DNA of 64,000 bases from Macrostomum lignano (lineage: Eukaryota): assembly GCA_002269645.1 (NCBI GenBank), contig NIVC01001832.1:62001-126000 (forward strand), read 5' to 3'. The position numbers and the translations under genes were made by a program. The notes under the pieces were generated by a model. The model was not told the origin of the DNA. It saw only the letters and a program-made list of their open reading frames with translations, and did no database searches. Shown piece after piece: positions 27,796-41,163 of the stretch (its first letter is position 1; the number at the start of each line of letters is the position of its first letter).

Positions 27796-28557
27796 GTAGG
27801 GCCTATGGCAAACTGGCAGAGGCACGAACAGAACAGAAAGACTGTAGTTTCCTGTATTTAGCAGGGTTCGCCGGTTCGACACAAAATTTTCCGGAACATT
27901 TAGCTCCTACTTAGTCAGCCTTACTCTTACCAGCAAATTTTACTCTTAGAGCCTAAGTTTATATCGTATCTAATATCACTTCACTTCCATGATCATCAAA
28001 GAATCCGCAAACTGCTAAATAAGTTCATGAGGTGGTCGCCCCGGCGGAGAAGGGAAAAGAAAAATTTGAAATGAAAAAAAAGTTGGGTTCTTCGAGTTTT
28101 CTTCGAAACCGGTAGGCGCGTTGCGAGCGGTCTTCGTTAGGCGCGAGCGTTCAGTGTGTGTCCTCTGACACCGTAAATTAAAGTACTTCGAATGCTTAAC
28201 TGTTTACTGTTAGTAGAGTAGCGCTGCCACCACCGTAATTTACGTATTACGGAACGTAAATTCTTAGGGCTTTCTTTGAGATGAGAACTTGGTTGTTTTA
28301 CGCCCCGCGGGCAAAATGACTTAAGATAAGCTATGGTCCTTATTAAGCAACGAGTATCAACGTTTAGTTGAACGAATTTTGCTAGTCGAAAACTGGATAG
28401 ATTAGTTATTTATTGACGAGACAAATGATGCGATGCGGTGCCGCGAGGGCGACTACAAACTATTTAATAACAAGCAATAAACTAGTGTCGCTACTTAACG
28501 TTCAAGAGAAATAAACAAACACGTAAATTAGATGGAGTTATTGGCTAGTAAAGTTAA

Positions 28558-28791
28558 AGGAGGAAGGAGGGGAGGAAGGAAGGAGGGGAGGAAGGAGGGG
28601 AGGAAGGAAGGAGGGGAGGAAGGAAGGAGGGGAGGAAGGAGGGGAGGAAGGAAGGAGGGGAGGAAGGAGGGGAGGAAGGAAGGCGGGGAGGAAGGAAGGA
28701 GGGGAGGAAGGAAGGAGGGGAGGAAGGAAGGAGGGGAGGAAGGAAGGAGGGGAGGAAGGAAGGAGGGGAGGAAGGAAGGAGGGGAGGAAGG
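28558..28791 (+). repeat. Polypurine (GGAA/GGAG)n simple repeat
   Basis: Direct reading. Confidence 0.95.
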
Positions 28792-30485
28792 CATAAAATT
28801 AACACTGCTCGTGACATGTTTAAATAGTATTAATGAGGCCATATAACGGCGCAGAGCGAACGTAAAATGGCTAAAACGCTAATTAAACTGGACATCATTG
28901 CATGAATATGGCGAAGCAAAAATAAAAAAGGGGGAGATAAGCAAAAATAAAAGAGCAGATAAGGGAGCGGGAAATGACGAAAGGGTGACGCCAGGGGCAG
29001 CACCTCAAAGTGGACGTGGGAGGGCCAAACCCGGGACGAATGACGAAAACACCCAGAAAAAGAACGTATTCAAAAATCGTCAGTGGTAGGCACCCACCTA
29101 CCACAGTCATTCGAGAGTTTATTCGTAGAAAGCAAAATTGATACTGAATCACATTTAAACAGAAAACAAAAACAGAACTACACATACCAGCTAGCAATCC
29201 CAGTATTAAAGTAAAAAATAGAAATTATATAATTACTGCACTGCGTTTAGAAACTTCTAAATTCTACAAAGCAATACCGAAGCAAATCTACAAAGCAAAC
29301 TTTTTCGAGAACTGCTAGTATAATTGCTTGCACTGCTTTTTATGAACCTCAAACAAGGACAACATACAGCATAGGTCCTCGCATTGCCTGACGTTAAAGT
29401 TTTTAAATTATTCTGCACTGAAAAAACATTGAAACTTTTGATACACCAATTTAAAGCACCTATTTGGCGTTTTTTATTTCGCTGCGCTTAAGATTGCCAA
29501 AGCCTGTAGTACTCGTACAAGGTATTGTCCAAGGAATTTTCGCCCTTGAACGAACACTATTGTGGTTTGACTGGTAAACGCTGGCCTATTAGTACTGGGA
29601 TCGCTTTACAATGAATGTTCTTGCTTAGTTCACATGCACCTTAATTACATGTAGCAGTAAATGTATATAGTATTTATACACTGAAAGAAATTTCTACAAT
29701 AAGATGTTTGGATATAAGAACAATGTTCGAAATGCTTCTGCAAAGGCATTCTAGCTCGTACTTCGTATAATTGTAGCAAAGTTCTCTTAGCAAATTTGTC
29801 AAAATAAACGACAGACTGCTCTTTGACTAAGCGATAATCTTTCAGCGACAGTTTGCCATCAAGTCATAATTTCAAAATGCTAAGATGGCGGGATCAAGTC
29901 ACTGAGTTCAATTAAAAAAGTAAAACTGTAAAGCCAGACATGAACTCCAAATAATTTATGGTCTCAACAGCCAAAGATAGTTTTATGACGAATTCTAACG
30001 AGTTGAATCCCTCGTAACATTTACTTCGTATATCTTTCAGTAATTAAACTGTTTATTTGTATATAAATATGCAGATATATTCTATAATTAATTGATCAAC
30101 TACAGTAATAAGAACCCAATGTGCACACGACAAAAGGGAGTATCGCTAGCTAAAAAGACGGTCTAACAGACTCGGATTCCGCATTAAAGAGAAGAAGGAA
30201 GGCTTTGCCTTTAGTTGTCATTTTATATGATGCTAGCAGTCGAATTAATTGTTCTACTTAGATAAGGCTAAACAAACAAGGTGACGCAGCTTATATTGTA
30301 GGCTGATCAAAACTCAGAGGTCTGCTTATCTAGCTATCAATCGCGTGTGCAAAGAGAAAATCCCCAGAAAGAACAAACGAATTTCTTTGCACGCGTTACT
30401 ACCCAGCAGATAGATGTAAAATAAGTCGCTTCAATAATATTCTTCAAGGCGAACCAACAGCCTGTCTGCGCTTCTGTTAACCGGC

Positions 30486-32609
<2,124 letters not shown>

Positions 32610-33506
32610 TTTTGTGTGCTATAAATAGATTTTAAACGCTAGCTGAAAATGCATGGCGAAAGGGTTAACTTGCTGACAGGTGCGTTAGCAACTCATTGTC
32701 ATTGTTTATTTAAATTGTACTTAGAACAGTAAGTGCAAGTCTAACAGCCTGGAGCAGTATAATTGCAGGACTGTGTCACACAAGCCATTCCGCTGACTCC
32801 TGAGAGCACACAAGCGCGCTAACACTGTACACAGGCATGCACTCGTACACACGCTCACACAGGGTGTACATCGGCTACTCTCTGTGCCTTGGGGGTTGGC
32901 CCTCGAGTGTGTAAATTGCACAACAACCCCCAACCAATTTTTCGTTCACAAGCCACAACTGCCTACCCCCCACCCCAACCTCTATTTTGCAGCATCTATT
33001 TTCAGTATTTTTAGTATCCATCTTTATTAAACTACAGTTGCTACCCTAGAGAATTGTATTAATTGAAATGAATAGAAAAAATGGGATGCATCTCATCGTA
33101 ACGCCAATGACAAGCATTGACGTAGAAATGAAGCAATTTATATACTTTAGTTGGAAAATGGGGGATTGAAGTGATTTAAAGCAACATTGCAATCAATGAA
33201 TAGGTAGGGTGCTCAGATTTTATATATAGTAATTAACATGCGACATTGAGAGTGTATATGTGGACAAGCAAAATCATAAGATGCCTACATTATCACTTTT
33301 CGAGATGAATCATTTTTACATGAAATAATGACAGTTTAGTAATAAATAACAATAACAAACACCCAATATCTAAATGCTTAATTCATACGCACTAAACGAG
33401 ACTGCGGCTATACTTTAAGTGAATTATTACACAGATCACGAAATTCTTACAATTTGCCGACCTAATGAGCATAAATTAACTGAAGGAATGCACACACTCC
33501 CTTAGC

Positions 33507-34838
33507 TCACTTCGGGTGAGCAGCCGGATGACTAGAAGAACCCAAGCCGAAGCCCAGGCCAGCGCTGCGCATTCCGCCAGTATTGTGCTGCGCCTGCACG
33601 TACTGCGTCTCCAATTTGTTGAACATCTCCTCCTGGCGTTGGCGAGCCTTGTCGCTATCAGCCGGAGTAGCCGAACTGTTACCAGTTGGATTCGCTGATA
33701 AAGTAGGCGGGCCAGCTTCGCTAGCTTGCTGATCAGCATCAGTCTGTTGGTGACTGCTAGCGGCTCCGCGCATGCCCATCAGCTTGCAGAATTTGCTTGT
33801 ATCGCCATTAACTGCGCTCAACTGACGCGACCAGGCCGTTTCAGTTTTTCTAGAATTCTGCCCAGCCTTCGACCACAACAGGCGACGCTTTTGCTCCTGC
33901 TGGGCGAACCTGTTGGCGTCAACCGAGCCGGGATTATAGAATTTCGGCACCTCGATGCCCGTAGCTGCGGCCGCCGCAGCCGCCTGCTGCTGCTGCTTGT
34001 GCTGTATTTGCTGCTTGATAGCGGCCGCCTGCAGAGCCAGAAGGCGCTGTCGACGCTGCTCCAACACCTGGGGATTCTCCTGCGGCTGCGAGACAACCGG
34101 TTGGTGCTGAGTCGCCGACGCACTACAAGAAGTCGAAGCTGCAGGCCTGGCGCAGGCGGCACGACTGATGACTGGGCCGCCGCTGCCGCCGCCAGAAGCA
34201 GCTGACGATGCGGAAGACGAAGAACCTGATCGGCGTCGGTGCCGCCGATGCCGCCGGTGATGATGACGGTGATGCCGACGATGACGCTCGTCACGTCCGC
34301 GGCTTCGACCGTGACGCCGTCGGTGACGCCGATGTCTGCGATGGCTTCGATCGCTGGAGCGGGAGCCACTCCGACTGCGGCTTCTAGCTGGACTGCGGCT
34401 CCGGCTGCGGCTGTCGGCGGGACTGCAGCTCCGACTTCGAGCTCCGCCGTCGTCTCCGCCGTCGCCGTCTTCATTGTAGCTTGGACTACGCCGACGCCGA
34501 TGCCGCCGATGATCGCCGCCGTGGCGACGTCGATGATGCCGATGGTGATGCCGTCGACTGCGCGAATGTCGCCGACTGCCCCGATCCCGATCGTCTTCGT
34601 CTCCGTCGTCGCTGACGCTCTTATTATCGCCGCTGCCTTCGCCTTCGTGATCGCTTGAGCCCGACCGGGACGCCGGGTCAACGTCGACATCAACTCCAGC
34701 AGCTCCAGCGGCTGGTGGCGGCGAAAGTTTCTCATCGTCTGGAGCTGGTGGCTTAGCCTGCTGCTGCTCAACTTCAACAGCCGCAGGGTCAGCAGGGTCG
34801 CCTGCGGCCGCAGCTGTCTGCGCTGGTACTAGATCGCT
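33507..34838 (-). CDS. RSRC2: Arginine/serine-rich coiled-coil protein 2 (RSRC2-like, SMAP-type C-terminus); 444-codon frame starting at a splice acceptor with no genomic ATG
   Basis: Open frame SDLVPAQ...RSRSRSPARSRSRSGSRS...HRRHRRH...PKFYNP...QEQKRRLLWSK...KFCKLMGM...QEEMFNKLETQY...GLGFG*; acceptor cacttcag|AGC GAT at 34838. The ORF track shows only the 3' part (33507-34067). Confidence 0.85.
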   Translation of the reverse strand, partial: SDLVPAQTAAAAGDPADPAAVEVEQQQAKPPAPDDEKLSPPPAAGAAGVDVDVDPASRSGSSDHEGEGSGDNKSVSDDGDEDDRDRGSRRHSRSRRHHHRHHRRRHGGDHRRHRRRRSPSYNEDGDGGDDGGARSRSCSPADSRSRSRSPARSRSRSGSRSSDRSHRRHRRHRRRHGRSRGRDERHRRHHRHHHRRHRRHRRRSGSSSSASSAASGGGSGGPVISRAACARPAASTSCSASATQHQPVVSQPQENPQVLEQRRQRLLALQAAAIKQQIQHKQQQQAAAAAAATGIEVPKFYNPGSVDANRFAQQEQKRRLLWSKAGQNSRKTETAWSRQLSAVNGDTSKFCKLMGMRGAASSHQQTDADQQASEAGPPTLSANPTGNSSATPADSDKARQRQEEMFNKLETQYVQAQHNTGGMRSAGLGFGLGSSSHPAAHPK

Positions 34839-36736
34839 CTGAAGTGTCGAGTGGCGTGAATTTGTGGTACTGAGACATTGTTCGGGGAAGACAAACTATG
34901 AGAATAAGAGTTACCAAACTCAGTTAATTTTATTCCAGGAGATACTACTAGCAGTACTATCTTATATCTACTCAATAATGAAATTTCAAGGCCAACTGTT
35001 CCAAGGTCTCTTAAACAGCAGGGCAATCGGTTAGAATCCCCGCCATTCCTTATACCCTCGGATTTGTTTACTGTCTCCAAGCAGATTTTTAGCTACATAA
35101 TCATTGCGTTTAGTTCTGACATATGGAGCAACATATTTCTGCTTGGAATGCTCTTTTAAAAAGATGTAAAACTTATTCGTTTGGCCTGGAGCAAATTTAG
35201 TCTATGGTAGGAAGAGGGACTTGTCTGTGCTGTGCGTGCTCCCTTTACTGATATCGCTTTTGTTAGCCAAGGTGAGATTTCTCATAGACAGACAAAAGGG
35301 CAGGCAAGTTGATAATTCGGCCATAGACAACAGCACAAAAAGGATGCGTGGGAGCTGCACTGCAGGCGTCGATGGCCAACTTTTTTATAACTTCACACAT
35401 CCTGCCAGTGACGTTTTTCTCTACCAGTTCTGTACGATTATAGTAGAGAATGCACTAATGTCTGTGGGCAAAATCAAAACTATACTTTACTAATAGTTGG
35501 GAAGAGGTTATACCCATTAGACTAATAAGCAAAAAATCAAAGCCAAAGCCATTAAACCATAAACACAGAAACTGACTATATATTTGTTATACAACTTTAA
35601 TTAAAGAGCTGAAAATAACTTCACCTGAAAGTACATTAATAACTAACACCGCATCGCAAACTTTGACGACTCAAACAGGTCGCAGAACCAAATCAGGATT
35701 TTATACACTAAGCTTTTTTATCCAGCTAAGTAGGCCATAAGCACCGGACAGAGAGAAAGTAGAGAATCAAAACAGCAAAGTTGAATCGAATTCTACTCAA
35801 CTGTCAAATGCAAATCCGCGTAGGAGGTGGCAACGAAATTAATAAAAAAATCTATATTGTCTAATTGTTAAATCCAGCCTCACTTTTTAATTGAAAAAAA
35901 CGTGACAAAAATACAAAACATACTGATATACATATTAAACAAGTAGGATAAGTTGAAAGTTAAAACAAATTGAAACTGTTATTAGCGCTGATATTTATAT
36001 GATAAAAAACTGATCGGGCTACAGACTGAAAAAGAATGTTTGGGCTGATTACGATCTATTTATTAATACTAGTAAAAAGATAAGGAGAGAGAAACAGGAA
36101 AATAACAATTAGTAAATGCAATGATAACAAAGCTTAATAATAAAAGCGATCTCTCATCATATCCCGCGATGCAACGCCCGCCTCTGACAAACAGCTCTCA
36201 GTTTTATTTCAAATTTAATGCAAATGTTTTTAGATCATCTCTATGATCTTCTTGTATTTTTGAGTACATAGTATGAGTATACTCTGATGTGCATTGCATA
36301 TTCAGTTAGTTCACCATTTGACTTATTAATTGCATCGCAAAAAAAAAATAATTTTCAAAACAGCTTGGGAGATAAAGGGACCATAGGGTGGCAAAAAACA
36401 GTAATTGCAAAATCGAGCTTCACTTTGCCATGAGTAGTAGTCACAGGGTGTCCGCGTATTCCCCGTGAGTAGGGAAAAAGTATCACTAATTAAAATTCAT
36501 ACCCGACCATCTTTTCTCTTCCCTGAAAAATGATACAATAAATTACAATAAATGTCATATTTCCATAGATTTTGGGTTTTTGAAGCTTAGACTACCAGGT
36601 TCAACAAGCTACGAGTATACTGATTTCCTGTTTTTTACTCCTTTTTTCAGGTATCTTTGGCAATTACTGGGGTTTCTCGAGTTTTTGTTTAATTTCCTTG
36701 TTTTTCCAGGTCGCGGACACCCTTGAGCAGAAGCGA

Positions 36737-39611
36737 CTACAGAATGATTCCAGAGCCATAATCGTCGCGTCGATTGCGCCGCTGACCGAAACTCGCGCCG
36801 CCTTCGGCTTTCTTTCGCTCCCAGCGCTCGGCCATGCGTCGAAGCTCATTAGGCACCTCTTGGTTGGCCTCCTCAAGAATTTTGATTAGTTCACCAACTT
36901 TAGTCCAGTCCTGGCGGGTCACGAATGTGATAGCAACGCCTGAGGCGCCGGCGCGGCCAGTCCGGCCAACACGATGCACGTACTCTTCCATGTTCTTAGG
37001 CATGTCCATATTAATGACGTGAGTAACGTCTTTGACGTCGAGGCCGCGGCTGGCCAGATCCGTGGCGACCAGAATGCGAACGTCGCCGCTACGAAAGTTG
37101 CGCAGGGCCTCCTCACGATCGTGCTGAAGTGGCAAATTTTAACAGACTAAATCAAGCATCAGGCATATATTTGCAGGGGAGCTGGGTTTGAGTAGTGTCG
37201 CATCCCTGCCCTAACTCATCATCGCCAGGCATGTACACACAGGGTAACTAAACCTTTGAAGCTATGTATGTGTCAGAGCCCAATAGAACAAGGAGTATGA
37301 TAATGAGATAGTAAGTACCGACAGTGTATAAGATAGGCGATTTATACATAAATCAGACACAGGGTACGTATTAATGCATTAGAATCGGAACTTTCAGCTG
37401 ACAGCATAAATTAGCGAAAAAATGCGGTGTTTCTGTGAAATCGCATAATTTGCCTGAATGGTTCAAAACAAGAGCTCATACTCAATGCTTTGTCTTACGC
37501 ATATTCCAGCATACAAAAGCGCTCACCTGGTCTCGATCGCCATGGATCGTTTCAACGTCTAGCCCAGCCATCACCATATCCGTGGCCAAATGATCGGCGT
37601 AGATTTTACGGCTGACAAATACCAATACTTTGTCAGTTGGCTGCATTTCCTGGGAAACAAATCGCAGGATGCATGGCTTCTTATCGTCCTCTTCAACAAT
37701 CTCAATATACTGCGTGACCGTGTGCACAGCGGCCAGGTCAAGAGAACCAACGTAGCACTGTACCGGATCTGTCATGTACTTGTCAGCGATACGCCGAACA
37801 CCCGGAGGCCAAGTTGCCGATGTCATTACCGTCTGTCGGTCTGGTCGGATCTTAGAAATGGCGCGGATTATCTGAGGCTCGAAGCCCATGTCGAGCATTC
37901 GATCAGCTTCATCAAGTATGAGGTAGCTAACGTGGAATAGATTTAACTTGCCCTCAGCAACAATATCGTTGAGTCGGCCGGGCGTGGCAACAACAATTTC
38001 AACGCCTTTCTCTACTTGAGCCACTTGCTGCCTACGGGAGCCGCCGCCATACACGCACACACAGCGGATGCCCTTGTACGCGTATTTCTCCACTTCGCCT
38101 TGAATCTGTAGAGCCAGCTCGCGGGTCGGACTCAGCACCAAGACAGTCGGGCCATTGCGCTCTTTTCGCGGTCTCACTTGGCCTTCAATGTGAATGAATG
38201 CCGGCAACAGGAAGGCAAGCGTCTTGCCTGTGCCAGTCTGAGCAATGCCGATGAAGTCCATGCCTTTGAGCAGCACAGGCCACGCCTGGCATTGAATCGG
38301 AGTTGGTCGCTCGAATCCGTTTTTCATTATTTCGCGCATGATGCCCGGATAGGGAGACCAGGCCTCTTCGAACTTGCGCACTGGATTAGGAATGGACCTT
38401 TTTGTGCTACTCTCTTCTTTTAGATCCTGAACTGTAATATTGTTAAGCTCAGCGTACAACGCTTGTCTTTCACTGTCGGTCATTCGAGCAATTGACTCAA
38501 CTTCCTGATAGAAGTCTTTCTTGACGGGCGGTTCATTCTCCCATGGCGCAAACATCGCCTTGGCCATATTGGCTCGAATTTCTGCCCACGGAATGCGTTT
38601 GGGCGCCGCAGGATCGGCGTTACCAGCAGCGTTGCCTCCGCCTCCGAATCCTCCACCACCGCCTCCAAATCCTCCACGAGCACTACCTCCTCCAAATCCG
38701 CCTCCACCACCGCTTCCAAATCCGCCTCCGCCACTGCTTCCAAATCCGCCTCCGCTACCGCTTCCAAATCCTTCATGGCCATCGGCGCTGTCTTCTAAAT
38801 CTTTGTTATTGTTGCCTCCGCCGAAACCTCCGCTGTTGCTACTGGAACCGAATCCACCACCGCCTCTTCCAAAGCCTCCACCACCGCCTCTTCCAAAGCC
38901 TCCACCACCGCCTCTTTCAAAGCCTCCACCACCGCCTCTTTCAAAGCCTCCACCACCGCCTCTTTCAAAGCCTCTACCGCCGCCTCTTCCAAAGCCTCCA
39001 CCGCCGCCTCTTCCAAAACCTTCACCACCGCCTCTCCCAAAGCCTCCACCGCCGCTCCTTCCAAAACCTTCACCACCGCCTCTTCCAAATTCTCCACCAC
39101 CGCCTCTTCCAAAGCCTCGGCCACCGCCTCTTCCAAAGCCGCCGTTTCCACCATCTTCTAAACCTCCGCCGCGGCCACCTCTAAAGCCTCCACCGCGACT
39201 GCCTCTGAAACCACTGTTGTATACTTCAAAACCGCCGCCATCTCTGAAGCCACCGGCCTGTCCAAAGCCTCCACCACCACCAAAGCCTCCAGAATTACCA
39301 GACCTTCCAAATCCGTCATTTCCATCTGCTACAAGTCCACCCCCAGTTGCACCATCAACGGGGCCTTTCTCGGGCTCAAACCAGTCCTGCCGACTCGAGA
39401 CGAAGCCATTATTGTTCGTTCGGCTGTTTTGAAAGCCGCCACCACGACCTCCACTTGATCCATCATTGGCAAATCCACCTCGCTGATGATAACTTCCATT
39501 GTTTGGATTAAAATTTCTTTGCTGGAAATTGTCACCTGACTGATTGGAATGACCAAAGCCTTGGCCATGGCCAAACCCTCCACCACTGGGCTGACCAAAA
39601 TGTCCAGAATC
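36737..39611 (-). CDS. DDX43: DEAD-box RNA helicase DDX43-like with long N-terminal FG/RGG repeat region; exons 37527-39611 and 36737-37123; start codon not in these exons' 5' region
   Basis: DDX43-type core: [71 protein letters not shown]|[17 protein letters not shown]. The frame is open from acceptor ttttttcag|GAT at 39611 (2085-nt exon, phase 0 at both ends). Confidence 0.92.
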
Positions 39612-39960
39612 CTGAAAAAATGTTAATATGGATATTAACTACTTGAAAAAACTATAACAATTTTGCTTTTAATCTTACTACTTTTAGCCAAATACTTGGG
39701 AATTTAACCAATATATCACAAATGAACAATGAATAAAAATTAAATGAACAATAAATTGTTTAATAAGTTCAAAAACAGCTTTATTATGCTGAATTATGTT
39801 TACTTTAGAAAAAAGAAATTAGAGGCATTGGGTACAGCAAAAAATATTCTTCTGCAGTTCCTCGTTTAAGGCCAAAGGCTGACTTCTGCAGGTATTGTTG
39901 CAAAGGTTTTGGCTATTATTATGGGTGGGTAAAGTAAGTGGCTTAAGAAGAAAAGAGAAC

Positions 39961-40110
39961 AGAGGAACTAAGTCGCAATTAGGAGGAACTAAGTCGCAAT
40001 TAGGAGGAACTAAGTCGCAATCGGGAGGAACTAAGTCGCAATTAGAAGGAACTAAGTCGCAATTAGGAGGAACTAAGTCGCAATCGGGAGGAACTAAGTT
40101 TCAATCGGGA
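39961..40110 (+). repeat. 21-bp tandem repeat GAGGAACTAAGTCGCAATTAG (probably a TE subterminal repeat)
   Basis: Direct reading, ~7 copies. Confidence 0.85.
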
Positions 40111-40149
40111 GATTTTTTTGCCTGTCCTCTAGGCGTTGCAGTAGTATAT

Positions 40150-41140
40150 CTAGGCGTTGTATATGGCAAATTTTCGAAGGCATGATACATAGAAGGCTCC
40201 AATTTGTGTGCAGCACAATGTTGTTGGAAGAAATTGTTTCTTGTCCATGGTTTTAGCAAACTTGTAAGTCCAACTCGACTTCCTGTCATCACAGATGCTT
40301 TATTTGTTGTAACGCCCCATAGTCTTGCAAAACAACTGTTACAATACTATCTTGAGTATATAAATCTTTTAGCATATCATGCTTTGTCTTGTTTCTGTGA
40401 CTGACAGTTGCTTAAATCTATAGAAGTACATTATTGGTTTGCTCTTCTCAAGCATCCGGAAATATATCATTAGGTAACTATTTGTAACTGTTTGTATAAC
40501 TATATATCTTTTTCTTGGAGGACTCTTACTTCTTTGGTCATCAGTCGCAGTCTACGAATCTGAGTCCAAATGAATGACTGTATGTGGTCGTTGGATCCGC
40601 GCTTCAGTATCAGCATCAGTTGATGGGCAAGATTATATAGCAATAGATTCAGCATGAGCATTGTGCCATCGTACAAATTCTGTCTCAAGACGTCTAGTTT
40701 CTTCATTCATTTTAAAAACAGCTTCTCTTTCAGCTGAAATTATTTGAGAAGAGCAATATGCGCGGGTTGTTGCATCTGCACCATGAACCTCAATTTTTGC
40801 ATTCTGCACAGATAGATCTCTATTAGAGTTAGAAGCAACAACCTCTGGATTTTGCACTGCCATTAACAGTCCCTCTCTGTGTGAGCTTGCTGAACATTGG
40901 GATAGTGGTGCTTCTAGTTCCTTTGAATGTGCTGCAGCTGCACCATCACTTGATCCCTGGGCTGAATTTAAGATTGCTGGTAAATTTTATTCTAATATCC
41001 AATTCGCACCAGAACAATCATTAACTTCTCTAGGAGTTACACGACCAAGTTTCCATTGTGTAAAGAGCAATGGCTCTCGCTCTTCAGCTGCAGAAAGGAG
41101 GCACCGGTTGATAGAACTGTCTTCATGGCCTTTTTTCATC
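40150..41140 (-). pseudogene. Decayed hAT-like transposase remnant
   Basis: Minus-strand GVTTNKASVMTGSRVGLTSLLK...QHCAAHKLE resembles the hAT TDGASVM.G / CxxH motifs. An upstream near-open frame (about 41140-40500) carries several stops. Confidence 0.55.
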
Positions 41141-41163
41141 CCATTCACATGCAGGATTCAGTA

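Noticed and set aside
27931-28200. Possible non-coding first exon or promoter of wls (TG|GTAAGA donor, GC-rich patch)
   Set aside because: Plausible but unsupported without transcript data.
33818-34777. 319-aa minus ORF and 139-aa plus ORF (34239-34658) over RSRC2
   Set aside because: Alternative frames of the repetitive RS-coding region; the third minus frame joins the conserved RSRC2 C-terminus.
38521-39432. 303-aa Pro-rich extensin-like ORF on the + strand
   Set aside because: Antisense shadow of the Gly-rich DDX43 N-terminus.
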